Assembly: GCA_951406725.2 (NCBI GenBank)
Contig: OX597830.1
Span: 40,982,001-41,046,000, forward strand
Direction of reading: 5' to 3'
Length of the DNA: 64,000 nucleotides
Source: Octopus vulgaris
Taxonomy: Eukaryota
Each line of letters opens with the position of its first letter. Within the stretch, counting starts at the first letter, position 1. The translations under genes and the position numbers were made by a program. Positions 37,660 through 50,855 of this stretch are shown in pieces. The notes beneath the pieces were generated by a model. It did no database searches. It had not been told where the DNA came from and worked only from the letters and a program-made list of their open reading frames with translations.

Positions 37660-38013
37660 ACTGGCATGGCTGTGTGGCTAAGAAGCTTGCTTTGCAACCA
37701 TGTAGTTTTGGGTTCAGTCCCACTACACAGCAACTTTGGCAAATGCCTTCTGTTATAGCCCTGGGGCAATCAATGCCTTGTGAATGCATTTGGTAGATGG
37801 AAACTATGTGGAAATCCATCATTTGTATGTATGTGTGTATCTTTGTGTTTATGCCTGTTCCCACCACTACTTGACAACCAGTGTTGGTTTGTTTACGTCC
37901 ACATAACTTAGCAGTTTGACAAAAGACACTGATGGAATATTTACCTGACTTATTAGTACTTGGGTCTATTTGTTCAGCTAAACCCTTCAAGGTGGTGCCC
38001 CAGCATGGCCACA
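37660..38013 (+). mobile_element. SINE-B
   Basis: Head plus 3' module to ccagcatggccaca. Confidence 0.85.
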
Positions 38014-38426
38014 AGGTAATATATCTTGGACAATATTTATTCAATATGTCTTTCATTTTTTAAGACAGCGGTGTGAGATTTGAAGAAGATTTATTTATTA
38101 ATTCTAGCTTCTTGAACAACCATATATGGACTTCCTCATTGGGTTGTAAAGAAAAATGTTGTTTAAATCCTGGTTAGCTCTGAGTAAGCAAACCTGTGGT
38201 CAAAGGTACTGCAGTTTTGACCATTTTTAGGGTAATATTTTTAGAACTACATTACTGAATAATTTCTATTTTTTAAGGATAGTAGGGTGTAATTTGAGGT
38301 AGATTTAGTTGATAATTTTAGCAGGTTTCATGACCATGTAGGAGTATTGGCTCAGGGTGAAAAAAATGTTTCTGAGAATGGTGAAAAGATCACGAAATAA
38401 TATCAATATTTATGTAAAGAGTCTTT

Positions 38427-38661
38427 TTAACCCTTTTGTTACCAACCCGGCTGAAACAGGCTCTGGCTCTGGCTCTGTAGTCCAAATGTCTTGTTTTCAG
38501 AAGTTTTGAATTAAAATCTTCCACCAAACCTTAGTCACAATTTATGTTCCTAACACTAGCTTAATGATAACTAAGTTATTTTACTAAATTCTTTATTATA
38601 TTTAAAGTAATTGAAAGAAACACAGATCATCTCAAAATAAATACAGTAGCAAAAGGGTCAA
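38427..38661 (+). mobile_element. piggyBac-like MITE
   Basis: ttaacccttttgttacc...gtagcaaaagggtcaa; colinear with 9623. Confidence 0.9.
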
Positions 38662-39621
38662 AGTGGACACTCACAAACTTCAACTGCCTTTTTTTTTCTT
38701 TCACCTTAGCTTGCTTCCTCCCCCTCTTCCTCATCATCCAATTGGGTGACTTGCCCAGACCAATAAGTAAGTATTAGTTTTTGCATTCAGCTATTGAAAG
38801 ACCAATATCAGTCTTTCAATAGCTGAAAGTCTCATGTATGCAGGCCATGGCTGCAGATGAAAGCAGTAGTTCACTGACTGAACTGGTTGATCTTGGCTGT
38901 TGATAGTTTGTTGTCCATTCACTCAGCATCAAGTGACATTCGCCATCAACTCAATAAGTTCATTTGCCTAAATAGTTCACATCCTCCATGCTGCATCCCA
39001 GGATTTCAGTGTAACCCTGGCTTCCAAATTACCTTGAAGTGAGACGATCACTTTGTAACTTGAACTAGATTCTTTGGAGGAAATATTTATCGTGAAATCA
39101 GTGTCATGGATATTTCTAAATTATTGTTTCACATGAGAATTTCTGCAGTGTTTCTAATTGTGATAAAGCAATTAAATTAACGAGTTAAAACAAGCTTATG
39201 TTTCAAACTGTAATTCTCTCCTGTGAAGCTTCAACAGTCTTTTAAGCAAACACTATATACAAAAATTAATTTATAATTTCATTCTTTTCTTTCAGAAGAA
39301 AGGTGTTGAAAAGTAAATAGTATTTTCTTCTTTTGCTGTTGATTAATAGTACATCTCTACTTGACAGTAAAATTACTTGTGAAATTTAATATATTTAATG
39401 TACAGGTTTAGTATTTGTCGGCTACTAACACCATATAAATAACAAGTACAAGAAAGAAGAATAAAATAAAATGTCACATAAAGAGAAGAGTCTCATAAAT
39501 TGTGTAAACCTGTGAGATAGTTCCTTTTGAAACGACCACAATATAGTGAAGGATGTTTGTGGCTACTAAGTTTACTTAAATTTACCAGCTCTGAATTGTT
39601 ACTCTTTATTTCTTCAGTTAT

Positions 39622-39652
<31 letters not shown>

Positions 39653-40645
39653 ATGTTGATGTGTGTATGTATGTATGTATGTATATGTATATCTTTTCTT
39701 TTTATCTTTTTAACCACAACCAGGATGGGAACTTTTGAAAGTGGGTCAAGTTATTCAATGTAAATAACCATTACTGAAGCTAACACATCTGTAATCATGA
39801 GTGGTGGTGGTGGTGGTGGTGGGGAGGAGGAGGAGGATGTATCTATTAGTTAAATAACGGTTCCAAGAATTAACTAGTAGAGGTTATAGTGTCAGCTGTC
39901 CAGTCCCCACCTTTTGAGGGGAGGGGATGGAGGGGTGTGTGAAAAGGGGATGAAGGAGGTGGATGTGTGGTTTGAAACCAAAACTCCATAGAGTGTTGCT
40001 GCTGCTGCTACTGCATCGGAATGTATCAAACAAATATCACACAGCACAGCTGCACAGGGAGACAACACTAACGGACATATTGCATGCACTCGCTACAAAT
40101 CCTGCTTGTCACTAACGCATACTGCGAGTATTTTATATCTATTATTATTATTATTATTATTATTTCTTTCTCTTATCCTTATTTGCCTTTCTGTGTGCAT
40201 GTGAGTTTTTTTTTTTTTTGTTTTTTTTATTTGTTTGTTTGTTTGGCTCTATAAACATAGTAATAATGTGTATTTGAGATTTATATGGATGTATGTGTGT
40301 TATCTGTGTGCGTCTTTCCAAAGCTTCTTAGTGGTTTACTGATCAAAAGAATTTTTTCTCTCCCTCTCTTCTCCGCCCCTTTCTCTCCCTCTCTCTCTCA
40401 AATCCTGTGTTGATAGCTAAGTTTTATAGGTAGTTACCATGTGAACAAAATGCACAAAGGATTGCAATACTTGGTCAGCTTGACATATTCATTTTATTAT
40501 TTGTTGTTGATTCAACGAAGTACCTTGAAAGTGCTTTAATCTGACTTAGGTCACTGTACCTGCTGTTTGACACTTTTACTAATTTATTCATACTGAGAAA
40601 TAATCCTATTAATTACGGTTTATGTCTCTCTGTTAAAACTTCGTT

Positions 40646-40850
40646 TCTGGCCGTGTAGTAATGGTGAGAGGTTTGCTTCTCAACCACATAGTTCCAGGTT
40701 CAGTCCCATTGTTTGGCGCTTTATGCAGGTGTCTTCTACTACGGCCCCAAGGTGATCAAAACCTTGTGATTGGATTTAGTAGATAAAAACTAAAAGAAGC
40801 CTGTTGTGTGTGTGTGTGTGTGTTTTACTATCTACTGAAAGAAACCTGTC

Positions 40851-40906
<56 letters not shown>

Positions 40907-41192
40907 AGCACCTATCTATCTGCTTGTATCTACCTACCTGTCTGTCTATCTATCTATCTATTTATCTATCTATCTGCATTTATCTATGTGTTTTTGTCCC
41001 CCATCGTTGTTTGACAACTGGTGTTGGTTTGTTTACATCCTTGTAACTTAGCAATTTGGTAAAACAGAGACCTCTAGAATAAGTACAAGACTTTATAAGT
41101 ACTGGAGTTGATCTGTTTGACTAAAACCCTTCAAGGCGATGCCCCATTATGGCCATAGTTCAATGTCTGACACAAGTAAAAGATAAAAGAAA
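40646..41192 (+). mobile_element. SINE-B with internal (CTAT)n expansion (40851-40985)
   Basis: Head, microsatellite, then 3' module ending aagtaaaagataaaagaa. Confidence 0.85.
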
Positions 41193-41334
41193 AGTTTTCC
41201 TCCATGTGTGTTTAGTCAGTATTCACACATATTTTCTTCACACTTTCATAGTCATTCACGTCTCAAATTGTGTTGCTGCCTACCAATATGTTTCAGCACT
41301 TTCTCCTTTTGTATTTTAACTGACTTAATTGAGT

Positions 41335-41575
41335 TGTTACAACATCAGACAGAACATCTCGCAGTATTTGTTTTGGCCTTCTCTGTGCTCTGAGTTCAAA
41401 TTTTGCTTAGGTCAACTTTGCCTTTCATGCATTTGTTGGGTTGAAAGAAAAAAAAAAACAAAACAAAAGTACTAGTTGAATTGGTTGAACTGTAAGGAAG
41501 TTTGACCAGAAACCTTGCAGTATTGGTTCTGGCTCTTTGTATTTTGAGTTCAAATCCTGCTATGGCTGTCTTGGG
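41335..41575 (+). mobile_element. Degenerate SINE-A fragments
   Basis: ctctgagttcaaattttgcttaggtcaactttgcctttcat, and a second gagttcaaatcc. Confidence 0.65.
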
Positions 41576-42368
41576 AGATAGATTTAATTCATTATTTGAT
41601 TTAACATCATCATCTGGCACCTTGGATGCCTTCAGAAGAGTCTAACCTTTTGTAAACATTTAAGCCCGGCTCCCAATCTGAGGATGCTTTCCTTCCACCT
41701 TACCACCAACTTCAGAGGCCCTGTAAAGGGTCTTGGACACTACTTTATCTCTTGGCTAAATGATTGAAAAACAAAATTATATTGCATTTTGTTTTTTTAG
41801 ATAACTAATTTAATTTTTCATAAAACCTAATAGTTTTCTCAACATATATATGAATAACATTCTAAAAAGGAAAGAAAAATATAAAGAAATGTTTTCTTTT
41901 TAAAAAAAAAGATGTTCTCAGAAAGCTTTGATAAAAATTATTTAGACTTAGATTCAGTAGTTTAAGATATCTAAACAGATACCCAAGCAATTAGTAATAG
42001 AAACAAACTGGATAAAAGCAATGGATTTTATGTTGAAGCATAAAACAAGCATTAAAAGATGATCGCGCACGCATGCGTGTTTTAAGTGTATATGTTATTC
42101 ATGCATTAATGTTGAGTTTCACTGGTGAAACTGTACGGTAATGGATGAGTAACTAATCTAGTATAGCATTTAATTCAAAAAGCACTCTACAACAATACTG
42201 AGTTCATTGTTTCTTTTTTTTCTTTTATCACTGACAAACAGTATTTGTGTGTGTGTATGTTAACAGGAAAATTATATCACAGACCACAAAACTGTCATGG
42301 TATACTAGTTGTGAACAGAGTCAGCTCTTTACTGATATACCAACAAGATTAATTCAACCCAGAATTAT

Positions 42369-42400
<32 letters not shown>

Positions 42401-42877
42401 TTAACATTTAACATTCCTGCTCCATGCTGGCATGGGTTGGAAATATACACTAAAGCAGTACTTGTTAATTTTTAGTGTTGCTACTGCTCACAAGTTGGTA
42501 ACTACATCATCCTGTAGTATCTACGTACATCTAGGTGGACTGTATCAGTGATAACTGAAAGTTCTTGTTTGTGGACACTGTGTAGGCAGAGCTGATGATG
42601 AAATGCAAACTAAACCTTATTGATTTAACCATTCTACAGTTCTTGAAGTATTGTCAATGTCTCATTAAGCATATTTAGCACATTAGCCTCTAGGCCTGGG
42701 AATATATTGGAAACATTGCATTTGAAGGTGATCCCAAAATAGATCAGTGAAAATGTAATGTAGATGGATGTACTAAAAGACAAATTTGATAGCGAAAAAT
42801 ACGTTTTTAGAATTTGTATTTTGCTCAAAACTGAACCATAAATTTCTGGCAGTTTTTGTTATAATTACTCTCTACTG

Positions 42878-43132
42878 GTGGAGGTATGTGGCTTAATGGT
42901 TAGGCTGTTGGACCAATGATCATAAGATTGTGGTTTTGATTCCTGAACTGGGTGACGTGTGCTATTCTTAAACCAAACACTTCATTTTTATGTTGCTTCA
43001 GTCCACTCAGTTGGTAAAATAAACAATCCTGTGATGGACTGGCGTCCCATCCAGGTGGGGAATACATTTGCCATGGAAACTTGGAAGCCAATCCTATGAG
43101 TCTATATGACTTGAGAAGGAATTTTATTTCTT
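42878..43132 (+). mobile_element. SINE-D (V-domain-like cctgtgatggactggcgtcccatccag)
   Basis: tRNA-like head tggcttaatggttagg...ggttttgattcc; shares central blocks with the 2875 copy. Confidence 0.75.
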
Positions 43133-44009
43133 TTCGGTGCTGAGTGTTTTCTTACATCTACTTTCATACTTCACCTTTTTGCTGTTCAAACCTTGCCAGA
43201 TTCTACTTGTTTTCATTCACATTTTTCTGTAACCAGAAAGTAAACCTGAGCAGGATGATGGTGGTTGATTTATTTGTCTAACTCTACCTCCTATAAATTT
43301 AGATTTAAATTTACAATCCAGTCCAAAGTATATTTTTTTTGGAAGTGTTATATTTTTTTCTTGTTATTTCTTTCTGTCCGTTTCCTTCCTTTTCATTCCA
43401 AATTTTTTAGAGGAAAGAGAAGTTAAAAAAAACTTCATTACAGTGAAATTTATTCAAACTTGTTAGGAATAAACAATACTCTTATTATGTGATATTATCA
43501 AGGCCATTTAAGAAGATAATGAAAAAGATTTTATGTTATTCATGCAGTCTTTTCGTCTCTGACATTTCTTCTTTTATCATGACTTTTTCTTTTACTGTAC
43601 TCCTTTTTTGTTTGTTTTGTTTTAGACAAAAGTCATCTCTAATTGCAGAGTTAAAGACATTGTTTGTAAATGAGATAATAAGGTTTTCAGCTCTACTTAG
43701 TTCCATTATGTGCTGTAATACAAACTGTAATGTCAAGGACTTAGATATGTTTATTCTCGAATCTCTTTTCACGAAAGCAGTAATCTTCCACAACTTATTG
43801 GGTTATTTAAGAAAAACCACCAAATATTTTGTGTGTGTGGTGGTTGAAAGGAGGATAAGATATTTTGAAAAGTTTTTCTCTTGTCTTCTCTAAAAGATTT
43901 GAACTCATAACTTGAAGCAAACAAACCATGTATCTACATGCTGTTCACTATTGGTAATTGTTCTGTCTGTAAACCGAATTAGAGATGATGACAACGTGAT
44001 TTTTTTTAC

Positions 44010-44160
44010 ATATGTTGGAGTTCAAATCTCACCAAGGTCAACTATGCCTTTCATTCCACTCCCATACCCAGTAGCAGTCAAATTCTAGAGTTGTTGGAAT
44101 TGATTAAATCAGTTTCCTTAAAATTGCTGGCCTCGGCCTTGTGTCTAAATTGGAAACAAT
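44010..44160 (+). mobile_element. SINE-A, diverged
   Basis: gagttcaaatctcaccaaggtcaactatgcctttcat...ggccttgtgtctaaattggaaac. Confidence 0.7.
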
Positions 44161-44311
44161 CATTGTTCTTGAGAGAAAGCATGACTATCACACTATTATT
44201 CATTTGACTGTATCAGTTTGATGTCTTGTGCTTCTGTAATGAATTACTGATGCAATAATAACCTTACTTCTTTGTGCAGTGAACTTGATCTTCAAATTTA
44301 CAGCTTATATA

Positions 44312-44490
44312 TAGGTGCAGGCATGGCTGTGTGGTTAAGAATCTTGCTTCCAAACCATGTGCTCTCAGGTTCAGTCCCACTGCATGGTACTTTGGGCAAG
44401 TGTCCTTTTCTGCTATTGTACTGGGTTGATCAAAGACTTATGAGTAGATTTGATAAACAGAAACTGAAAGAAGTCCATCTTGTATGTGTG
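44312..44490 (+). mobile_element. SINE-B head; a diverged inverted copy follows at about 44735-44890
   Basis: ggtgcaggcatggctgtgtggttaag...ggttcagtcccactg...ttgggcaagtgtc. Confidence 0.82.
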
Positions 44491-45249
44491 TGAGATGTCT
44501 GGAATCAGTGTAGGAATAGAAGCAACCATAACCATTTTGCAGGGTCTCCAAGAGAAGCAGAACCTATGATTCACCTCACAAATAATCTTCTGACAAGGAC
44601 ATCTGGTTTAAATGCTTGCAACAGAGTAAACTCTTCTGCGAAATGCATCAAAGGGTCAAAGTCCCAAAGATAGAGCTATATAGGGCAATGAATTACATAT
44701 TCCACTCAAGAATATCTACAAGCCCACCCAGCATGCTTCTGCAGAGTTTCTCTCTACACAATTTCATACACAAAACTTGAATCACCCTAAAGCCATGGTA
44801 GAAGCCATTGACCCAAGGTTTCACATAGTAGTTTTGAACTTTGAATCACATCTACTTCACAAACTCCCTAATCATACAGTCATGGCCATAGTGTCACTAA
44901 AATGTCTTACTTGTTACCCCTCGCCCCCAAGTTACAACCCATATTTACCTTTTTCTCTTCCTTCTTTCTTTTCTTCTAATAACTTGTTACCTACAATGAT
45001 TCTTTCACTTTTCTCTTAATTGAAATAAATAAACAAATGTTATAAAGGCTTCACCCCGTAAAGAAAGAACACATTGTCACATTGAGTAAATACCCATCAA
45101 CACTTCCTCCTCTCTCACTTGGTCACCCATCCCCTGCACTCCCCCAGCCCATCCTAGCTGCTTTCTTTGTGGATTTATATTTATTTTTGTTGCATTTGTA
45201 TATGTTCTGTCTGTCTGTCTAATGTGTTTGTATGTGTGTACTTGTATAT

Positions 45250-45256
45250 ATTTGTG

Positions 45257-45302
<46 letters not shown>

Positions 45303-45334
45303 ATATGTGCTTGTGGGTATATATATATATGTAT

Positions 45335-45365
<31 letters not shown>

Positions 45366-45850
45366 GATATATGTATATATACGTATATTTATGTATATGT
45401 ATATATATGTATATTTATATATATATATATATACATATGTATATTTATATATATGTATATATACGTATATTTATATATATGTATATATATATATGTATAT
45501 TTATGTATATATATGTATATATGTATATATATATGTGTGTGTGTAGATATGTGTATATATATGTGTATATATATATATGTATATATGTGTGTGTATATAT
45601 ATGTATATATATGTATATATATGTATGTGTATATGTATATATGTATATATGTATACGTATGTGTGTGTGTGTATATATATATATATAATGATATATATAT
45701 ATATGTGTGTGTGTATATATGTATATATACACCATCCCACGCATATATATTCATGCACGTGTGTGTATGTATATATGTATATATACACCACCCCACGAAT
45801 ATATATACATTCACATGTCTGTATGTATATATGTAAACACATACACACAG
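45250..45850. repeat. Long complex (TA/TG) microsatellite
   Basis: Directly visible. Confidence 0.97.
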
Positions 45851-47094
45851 TAAATATTCTCTATGTATGTGTGTTTGTGTGTTTCTTTTCTGTTGCCCTC
45901 TTTCACTCATATAAATAATATACAGACTATCATTACTTCCATTGCACCCCTTTTCACTTATTATTTGCTACTCTTCTATTCACCCTTACACCCCTCTACT
46001 CTTCCAGCCCTTGCAGTTTTATCTCCTCCATTCTCTCTATTCACTTTCCTATGCAAACTCTCTTTTCTTTCTTCTTCCTCCTACTCCCCTCCCCCTCCCC
46101 CTACTCCTCCTTCCCCCCTCCACACTCCACCATTCTTAAAAGAAGACGAAGAAAAACTATTTCACTTCTGTAGGTTATAAAGAAATTATAGCACATTTAG
46201 AGACTAACTCTAAAGAGGAATGCTGTCAACGTTATGAAAGAAAATGCAATTTAAAAAAGAATATAAAATCCAGCTAGTCGTATATAGTGAGCAGCACAGA
46301 AAAGTTCAGCTAAGCCATAAAGCTGTTTATTTCAGCTAAAAATAAATTCTTCTCTGAACAGGATTTTAGAAAAAATTTAATGTCCAGCTTTATCTTGTTG
46401 TATTTCAGCACTGTGCAGTTGTCTCATATCCCAAAATGTAAACTCGAACGTTAAAGCCATTGAACCAACTAATAAAGATTAGTAACAGGAATAAAATCTG
46501 TACAGACTGTAATGCCTTTATATTTTTATACTGTTTCCAGTTTTCTGTTGTAATATTGCAAAGTGTGATATATAAATAACCAGTAGCAAGTCATTAGAAT
46601 TGGTTGGCAGCGATGATTCTGCATTAGTTTGAATTAGTTTGGAATTATAAATAAAAGACGCAGATGTTGGTGTGTTGTGTGAAGAACAGCTCTCTGAAAC
46701 TTTATTCCTTATTTCTCACAACATACCAGAGTACATGGTTTTGTTGACGCATCTTTGTGTTATATATGATTCTGTGTTGTTGTGGTTGCTGCTCTGGGTC
46801 AGCCTTAAATGAGCAGATTTATGAATCAAATGCCTTTCCAAACATGACCCTCCTTGTATTGCATTCAGACAACCAAATTTTTTTTTGTGTGTTTTTTTCC
46901 AAGATATGTGACAGTAAGGGAGGTTTGGCTGCTATTTCTAGTTGGTTGAATTACTACATAGAGGCTGCATTGTTAGCTCATGTGTATGTGTATATGTGTA
47001 CTTCTTAATACACATATACACAGACACATTACCTACACAGATATATTCATGCATACATACATGTACACATACATAGACTTAAACATCTATTAAC

Positions 47095-47292
47095 CTGAAG
47101 AAGAAGAAATGGTATCTGGAGAAATGACTCCTGAAGCCAGTCTTTTACTGCACACAGCATTGTTTTTGTATCTGTTGTAGCCATCCATCCACAAGGCAAA
47201 CCTCTCTTCAGCTACTTTTGTGTAACAGAAAGCAGAGAGCTGCTGCATGACAACTGTTATTCCTCTAAATTGCTCCGTCCAGGACTTTGCTT
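47095..47292 (-). CDS. Candidate 198-nt internal coding exon, unidentified product
   Basis: Non-repetitive open frame EAKSWTEQFRG...FALWMDGYNRYK...SSSG between tctttAG and GTtaat, phase 1-1. No recognised domain and no partner exons found. Confidence 0.25.
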
Positions 47293-47534
47293 CTAAAGAC
47301 ATTCAACATGATGGAAAAGTTATCAATATGAATTTTTTTGATTTTTCATAATTAAAATCAGAAGAATTAAATAGTTTCTTAGGTTCAATAAGAATGGTGT
47401 TTCTTGGGTTAATAGATAGTCCGAGAAGAATGCATAGAAATTGTGGATATTTCAGTTAATGCATTTTTGAGGAAGACTGCCAGGATAAAAATTTTTAGTG
47501 TGGTTTCTAGTCTCTAAGGATTATATAAAATACA

Positions 47535-48155
47535 TTAAGCCTTTAGTGTTTAGATTAATCTGTTAAATATAATGTTTGTTTATTCTTTTTTATTCTTTTA
47601 TTTGTTTCAGTCATTTGACTGCAGCCATGCTAGAACACTGCCTTTAGTTGAATACATCAATCCCAGGATTTATTCTTTGTAAGCCTAGTACTTATTTTAT
47701 TAGGTTCTTTTGCTGAACTGCTATGTTATGGGGGACATAAACACACCAACATCGATTGTCAAGCAATGGTGGAGGGGACAAACACAGACACACACACATA
47801 TATATATATATGATGGGTTTCTTTCAGTTTCCATCTATCAAATCCACTCACAAGGTTTTAGTTGGCCCAAGGCTGTTGTAGAAAACATTTGCCCAAGGTG
47901 CCACACGGTGGGACTGGACCCAGAACCATGTGGTTGCTAAGCAGGCTACTTACCACACAGCCACTCCATGTATATTTATATTTTTAAAAAAATAATCATG
48001 CATTATTTTGTAGTTTAGAGATTTCACTGATGTGATTGTTTAGTGTTGGAATGACATTGTGGAATTGAGGTGAGAAGCCAGACCTAGCCAGTTTCAGTGT
48101 AAAACAGGTTGAATATTTTGGCTGGATTTGGCTGGTTTGGATGGTAAAGGGTTAA
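47535..48155 (-). mobile_element. TTAA MITE (27545 family) split by a full SINE-B (47582-47970, minus strand)
   Basis: ttaagcctttag...ggtaaagggttaa termini enclose the SINE. Confidence 0.78.
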
Positions 48156-48231
48156 AATCGGATGAGATGTTTTGGTTTAGGTCTATAGATGGTCTCAACT
48201 GGGACTCATGTAAGATTTTGTTGTTAAAATT

Positions 48232-48490
48232 TCATCATCACCATTATCAACATTATTTACCATCTGTGTTCCATGCTGGCATGGATTAGATGGTTTGACT
48301 GGGACTGATGAATCAGAGAGTTGTACCAGACTCCAGTCTGATTTGGCTTGAATTCTACGACTGGATGCTCTTGCTAATGCCAACCACTCCAAGAGTGTTG
48401 TGGGTACCTTTTATGTGTTACGGGCAGTGGCCATAACTATGATTTCATTTGGCTTGATGTGTCTTCTTAAGCCCAGCAAATTACCAAAGG
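48232..48490 (-). mobile_element. SINE-C
   Basis: ccatgctggcatggattagatggtttgac...ctggatgctcttgctaatgccaaccac. Confidence 0.8.
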
Positions 48491-48518
48491 TCTTGATCAT
48501 GCTCAATAAATTGGTTAT

Positions 48519-48960
48519 AAAGGTGGTGAGCTGGTAGAAACGTTTGTGTGCTGGGCGAAATGCTCAGCAGTATTTCATCTGTGTTTACATTTTAAGTGCA
48601 AATTCTGCTGAGGTCAACTATGCCTTTCATCTTTTCGGGGTCGATAAATTAAATACCAGTTGCGTCAATCAAATTGACTGGCCCCCTCCCACAAAATTTT
48701 GGGCCTTGTGCCTAGAGCAGAAAAGAATATTTGTACAAGGGAAAGGTGGTGAGCTGGCAGAAATGATAGCACGCCAGGCGAAATGCTTAACAGTACTTTG
48801 TCTGTTTTACGTTCTGAGTTCAAATTCCGCCAAGGCCAACTTTGCCTTTCATCCTTTCAGGCTGGATAAATTAAGTACCAGTTGCCTACTGCAGTCGATC
48901 TAATTGACTGACCCCCTCCCCCAAAATTTCAGGCCTTGTGCTTAGAGTAGAAAAGAATAA
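48519..48960 (+). mobile_element. Two head-to-tail SINE-A copies
   Basis: aaggtggtgagctgg starts at about 48520 and 48743; each copy ends agaaaagaat. Confidence 0.9.
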
Positions 48961-49229
48961 ATTGGTTATAATTCTACAATGCGCAAAATATTTCAAATTT
49001 CCTTTTTGTATAATTCCTAATAATATTTAATTTTAAAAATACAGTAAATTTGTTTTTATATATATACAGCGAATGGCTATGGAGGTCCAATAGAATAAAA
49101 TAGTAATTGAAGGACTCCATAGGCAAACAAATGGTTAAGAATCACAGGTCTACGTAAAGCAATAAACGAAGGGAAAACATTATAGGAGAACTAGCAGGCA
49201 TTTTTATTTCTTTGGAAGTGTCATCATGT

Positions 49230-49480
49230 ATATTTTTTTGTCTTGGTATAAAAGATGGGCTACAGCAAATAAATATTCGGCCCAATACCACAGATTTGCT
49301 TGTCAGTTGTTTGACCATAACCAGTTGAGCATGTCCCTTAGTGGCTGATGATATGTGCATCTCTGATCACGAGCAGAAGTAGTGTGGGAGCATCATAGCT
49401 ATATGTTGAGAGGAATTCTTTGGGGTTTGGATAATTCACCCTTGGAAACATGGATGTTTCGTTCAACATCCTTAAACAAT
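49230..49480 (-). mobile_element. Probable SINE-like repeat fragment (single copy here)
   Basis: Higher-complexity block resembling an octopus dispersed repeat from recall only; no second copy in the window. Confidence 0.35.
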
Positions 49481-49754
49481 GCCATTCATGTATTTAGGGG
49501 GTTAATTTAAGCAGTTGCTCTTTTCTATGCTTATTTATATCTGTGTGCCAATGTAGAGCCTTTAACCCAAATTACAGAACAGTAATGCTCCTGAAAATCT
49601 TACCATAATGCAGAGGTCTATTTTCCCATTGGATTCCCCAGTTCTATAGAAGTCAATGAAGATGGAATCAATGAAAAATTTATGTTTAACAGTATGGAAC
49701 TCCACACTACAGCAATATTTTCAGGAGCATAATGCTTCCGTAACACAAGGGATG

Positions 49755-49792
<38 letters not shown>

Positions 49793-50855
49793 AAATATAA
49801 TGCAATAGTTTCCTGCTTAGAAACACAGCTGAACATTCTCTTTGTGATAGGTGTTCACAATCGTTAACTGGCAGCCCAATGCGTTATCCACGTGGTAATT
49901 TCATGTGTACATTAAATATCTGCATACTAATGCTTATTTCTCTAAACTCATCCTCACCTCCACCTCCACCACCACTAACAATGAAAGGGATTAGTCAACC
50001 TTGAAAGAGTGTGAACTATGAGCTGCAAGTCTAGCCACAACACAACTTTGTAAATTATAAAATGTGGAGAGCATTATCTCTTAGTCATTGTCCTCCTGCC
50101 TTTTGTCAATTCAGCAAGGCTAGCTGCTAACTTGCTCCATAAAGTGGTCAACAGGAAAACATTAACAATGACAACAACAACGACAACAACAATAAATGTT
50201 AGAGCTCTTCCATGCACAGGTGTGATTTGTTATGACTAACAAATGTTGTACAATTTGTTTTCATGAATGTAATTTTTCAGAATATTTATTCAAGTTGTGT
50301 CTGAAAGTCAATTCAAATGAGTTATGATGAATGACAGGTTTTTATTTGTGGTTTTCTTTAACAGTAAGAAGTAGACTTTATTTCCATTTTATTTCTCTAT
50401 GTGTTTCTTTCTTTTTTTCTTTCTTTTTTTTTTGTTCAATCTAAATGCACAATGTTTGAGCATTAAATTGAACAGAGAATACTCCTCGTTGACAGAACAC
50501 AATTAAAGTGGTTTTCTTTTTGCTGATCGCTTTATTGGGTTGGCACTAAAACCTGATTTTGCATGCGAATTCAAGAGAAGATAATTTATGTTTATTTTCT
50601 ATTAACTTCTGACCAATGAGAAGTAGTTAAAGCTCACCCTGCACTACTTTAATAACAAAGGATTCATTGAATGTATTGTGTTTTTATTTTCTTATTTTGC
50701 TGACAAGGTTGTGCTGGGCATCACTAGAGTACATATTTAATGCCTAGGTGTACTTAACTGTTGTAAGTTAAATGTATTCATCTGTGATAAAATGCAGTAC
50801 CAGTAACACGATTTGAACTCTTGGTCTTTTGACCATTAAGTTCAGTTTCTGTAAC

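Noticed and set aside
39280-39318. Strong acceptor ttcttttctttCAG followed by a 17-nt segment and GTAAAT
   Set aside because: Weak donor context and not frame-preserving; cannot be told from background.
43489-43893. Overlapping 134-aa (+) and 85-aa (-) ORFs
   Set aside because: AT-rich, no recognisable motif, non-ATG starts and no convincing splice boundaries.
44312-44385. tRNA-like A/B-box sequences here and at other SINE heads
   Set aside because: They continue into SINE bodies and do not form complete cloverleaves.
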